Origin: an uncultured Verrucomicrobiae bacterium
GTDB lineage: Bacteria > Verrucomicrobiota > Verrucomicrobiia > Chthoniobacterales > Chthoniobacteraceae
NCBI GenBank assembly: GCA_963828525.1
Contig: CAWHEP010000011.1
Span: 1-64,000 of the forward strand
Direction of reading: 5' to 3'
Length of the DNA stretch: 64,000 bases
The position numbers and the translations under genes are program-made. The first letter of the stretch is position 1. Every line of letters begins with the position of its first letter. This document shows positions 62,280 to 64,000 of this stretch, piece after piece. Under the pieces are notes generated by a model. That model saw only the letters and a list, made by a program, of their open reading frames with translations, made no database searches and was not told the origin of the DNA.

Positions 62280-62518
62280 CGCCTGAAAAGAGTCCTGAGA
62301 AAGTGGCGGAAACCAACGTTCGCTCAGGTTGGAATGCCTTGCCGCATGGGCACATCCCTCGTCCTACCTTTTTCCCAGCGGGCCTCGCGATGGGAGTGAC
62401 CTTCCTTTTCTGGGGACTCATCACCTCGTGGGTGGTTTGCGTGGTAGGTGTCGCTCTGCTCCTGGCCGCCTTGTACGGCTGGATACTGGAAATTCGCCAT
62501 GAACGAGAACAGCCCTAA
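62276..62518 (+). CDS. Small 2-TM oxidase-associated subunit
   Basis: HIPRPTFFP...GW..E pattern; overlaps both neighbours in the operon. Confidence 0.75.
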   Translation: MTPEKSPEKVAETNVRSGWNALPHGHIPRPTFFPAGLAMGVTFLFWGLITSWVVCVVGVALLLAALYGWILEIRHEREQP

Positions 62519-63041
62519 TCCACCCTGCCATGCCCGCGTTGAAGACCCGGCCACCGTAAGCCGGCGTGGTTTCCTGGAGAAAATCTGCGTTGCCCTTGGT
62601 GTTGTGTGCGGCGCTCTGATTGGCCTGCCGGTCGTCGGTTTCATTTTGGCTCCTCTGTTCCGGAAAGCCCCTGAAAAATGGGTGCCGATCGGGAAACTGG
62701 AAAACTACGTGATCGGAAAGACCGTGAGCGTCTCGATCGTTGATCCCTCCTCTCTGCCATGGGCTGGCATCAGCGCGAAGAGCGCCGCGTGGGTGCGAAG
62801 GGAAGGGAAGGAGAAGTTCGTCGCCTTTTCGGTAAACTGCACCCACCTTGGATGCCCCGTGAGATGGATGGGAGACGCGGAGCTGTTCATGTGCCCTTGC
62901 CACGGCGGAGTGTTCTATAAGGATGGGAGGGTCGCGGCCGGCCCGCCGCAACACCCGCTGCCGCGCCACCAGGTAAGGGTTGTCGGCGGAGAGGTGCAAC
63001 TCCTGTCCTCCCCCGTCGCAATCCAGACTGATCTCTCATGA
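62499..63041 (+). CDS. Rieske 2Fe-2S subunit of a quinol:cytochrome c reductase
   Basis: Tat motif SRRGFL, CTHLGC, CPCHGG. Confidence 0.93.
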   Translation: MNENSPNPPCHARVEDPATVSRRGFLEKICVALGVVCGALIGLPVVGFILAPLFRKAPEKWVPIGKLENYVIGKTVSVSIVDPSSLPWAGISAKSAAWVRREGKEKFVAFSVNCTHLGCPVRWMGDAELFMCPCHGGVFYKDGRVAAGPPQHPLPRHQVRVVGGEVQLLSSPVAIQTDLS

Positions 63042-64000
63042 TCAAGCGGCTCGCCACACAACTCGTCCGGTGGATTGATGACCGGCTGGGAATCTCGGAC
63101 CTTGTCGGACCTTCGATGACGCACCTGGTGCCCCGTGACGCGGGGTGGTGGTATGTATTTGGCAGCGCGACCACCATCGCTTTTCTCATGCAGGTGGTCA
63201 CCGGAGTCGCGCTGACCTTTTCCTTCGTTTCATCTTCCTCGCAGGCGTACGAGACGCTGCAGTTCATCAGCGATCAGGCTCCGCTGGGTCGTTTCCTGCG
63301 CGGGATGCACTATTTCGGCGCTTCCGCCATGGTGCTGATGGTCGGCGCGCACATGGCGCAGACTTTCCTGTTTGGCGCTTATAAATTTCCGCGCGAGATG
63401 AACTGGTCCACCGGCGTGCTCCTGCTCGCCTTCACGATGGCGATGGGTTTTACCGGTCAGCTTCTGCGCTGGGATCAGACTGCCGCCTGGTCGGTGGTGA
63501 TAGCGGCCGAGCAGGCAGGACGCGTCCCTTTCATTGGCGATTGGCTGGCCCGCCTGATTCTCGGCGGTGACAACATCGGGGGAGCCACGCTCAGCCGGTT
63601 CTTTGCCGTCCACGTGTTCATCATCCCGGGATTCATGTTCGTATTCATCGGCTTGCATGTGTGGCTCGTGCTGCGCCACGGCATCACCAACATGCCGAGA
63701 GCCGGCAAGCCGGTTGTCCCTGAGACTTACCGGCAGGAATACCACGCCCTGCTTGAAAAGGATGGCATCCCTTTTTGGCCCGATGGCGCGTGGCGGGATT
63801 TTGTGTTTGGCACAGGTCTGGTGCTTGCCGTCACCCTTCTCGCGCTCTGTGTTGGTCCGCCGGAATTGGGGAAGCCGCCCGACCCTAGCATTCTGCAAGC
63901 CTACCCGAAGCCCGACTGGTATCTCCTCTGGTATTTCGCTCTGCTGGCTCTCATTCCCGTCCAAGTGGAGGGCTATGTGATGATCCTCCTGCCGGCCGCG
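63038..64000 (+). CDS. Cytochrome b (unsplit b6 + subunit IV type); runs off the window; absent from the ORF track
   Basis: Manual translation: [22 protein letters not shown]...HM, YKFPRE.NW.TG, TL.RFF..H, PFWP, PKPDWY. Confidence 0.93.
   Translation, partial: MIKRLATQLVRWIDDRLGISDLVGPSMTHLVPRDAGWWYVFGSATTIAFLMQVVTGVALTFSFVSSSSQAYETLQFISDQAPLGRFLRGMHYFGASAMVLMVGAHMAQTFLFGAYKFPREMNWSTGVLLLAFTMAMGFTGQLLRWDQTAAWSVVIAAEQAGRVPFIGDWLARLILGGDNIGGATLSRFFAVHVFIIPGFMFVFIGLHVWLVLRHGITNMPRAGKPVVPETYRQEYHALLEKDGIPFWPDGAWRDFVFGTGLVLAVTLLALCVGPPELGKPPDPSILQAYPKPDWYLLWYFALLALIPVQVEGYVMILLPAA

Overview
A roughly 60% GC bacterial chromosomal window. Gene content (DUF5069, futalosine-pathway mqnD, an ECF sigma factor with a long membrane extension, many secreted CAZymes, waaA) suggests Verrucomicrobiota, which is an inference. 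From left to right it holds: (1) a secreted malectin-like/GH52 beta-xylosidase gene; the divergent YetA/PL26-like gene next to it is split between its signal peptide and body by a 95%-identical second copy of the GH52 3' end, bounded by 20-bp direct repeats; (2) three toxin-antitoxin modules, two with damaged toxins, and a degenerate integron attC-like site next to tRNA-Pro(CGG); (3) a galactofuranose/stress-type cluster (GH2, GT, glf, GH1-RmlD fusion, DUF72, Zn-ADH, MBL, DUF892, two response regulators); (4) housekeeping genes (DHS-like, hisD, proA, rsmD, waaA, pyrD, mnmE, hisC); (5) transport and regulatory genes; (6) an operon joining a caa3-type oxidase (subunit I/III fusion plus a separate 2-helix subunit) to a low-potential-type Rieske/cytochrome b. 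Four genes carry single-base frameshifts in short homopolymers, probably sequencing errors. No CRISPR array, rRNA, integrase or transposase was seen. All family calls come from motif recognition by eye, not database searches.
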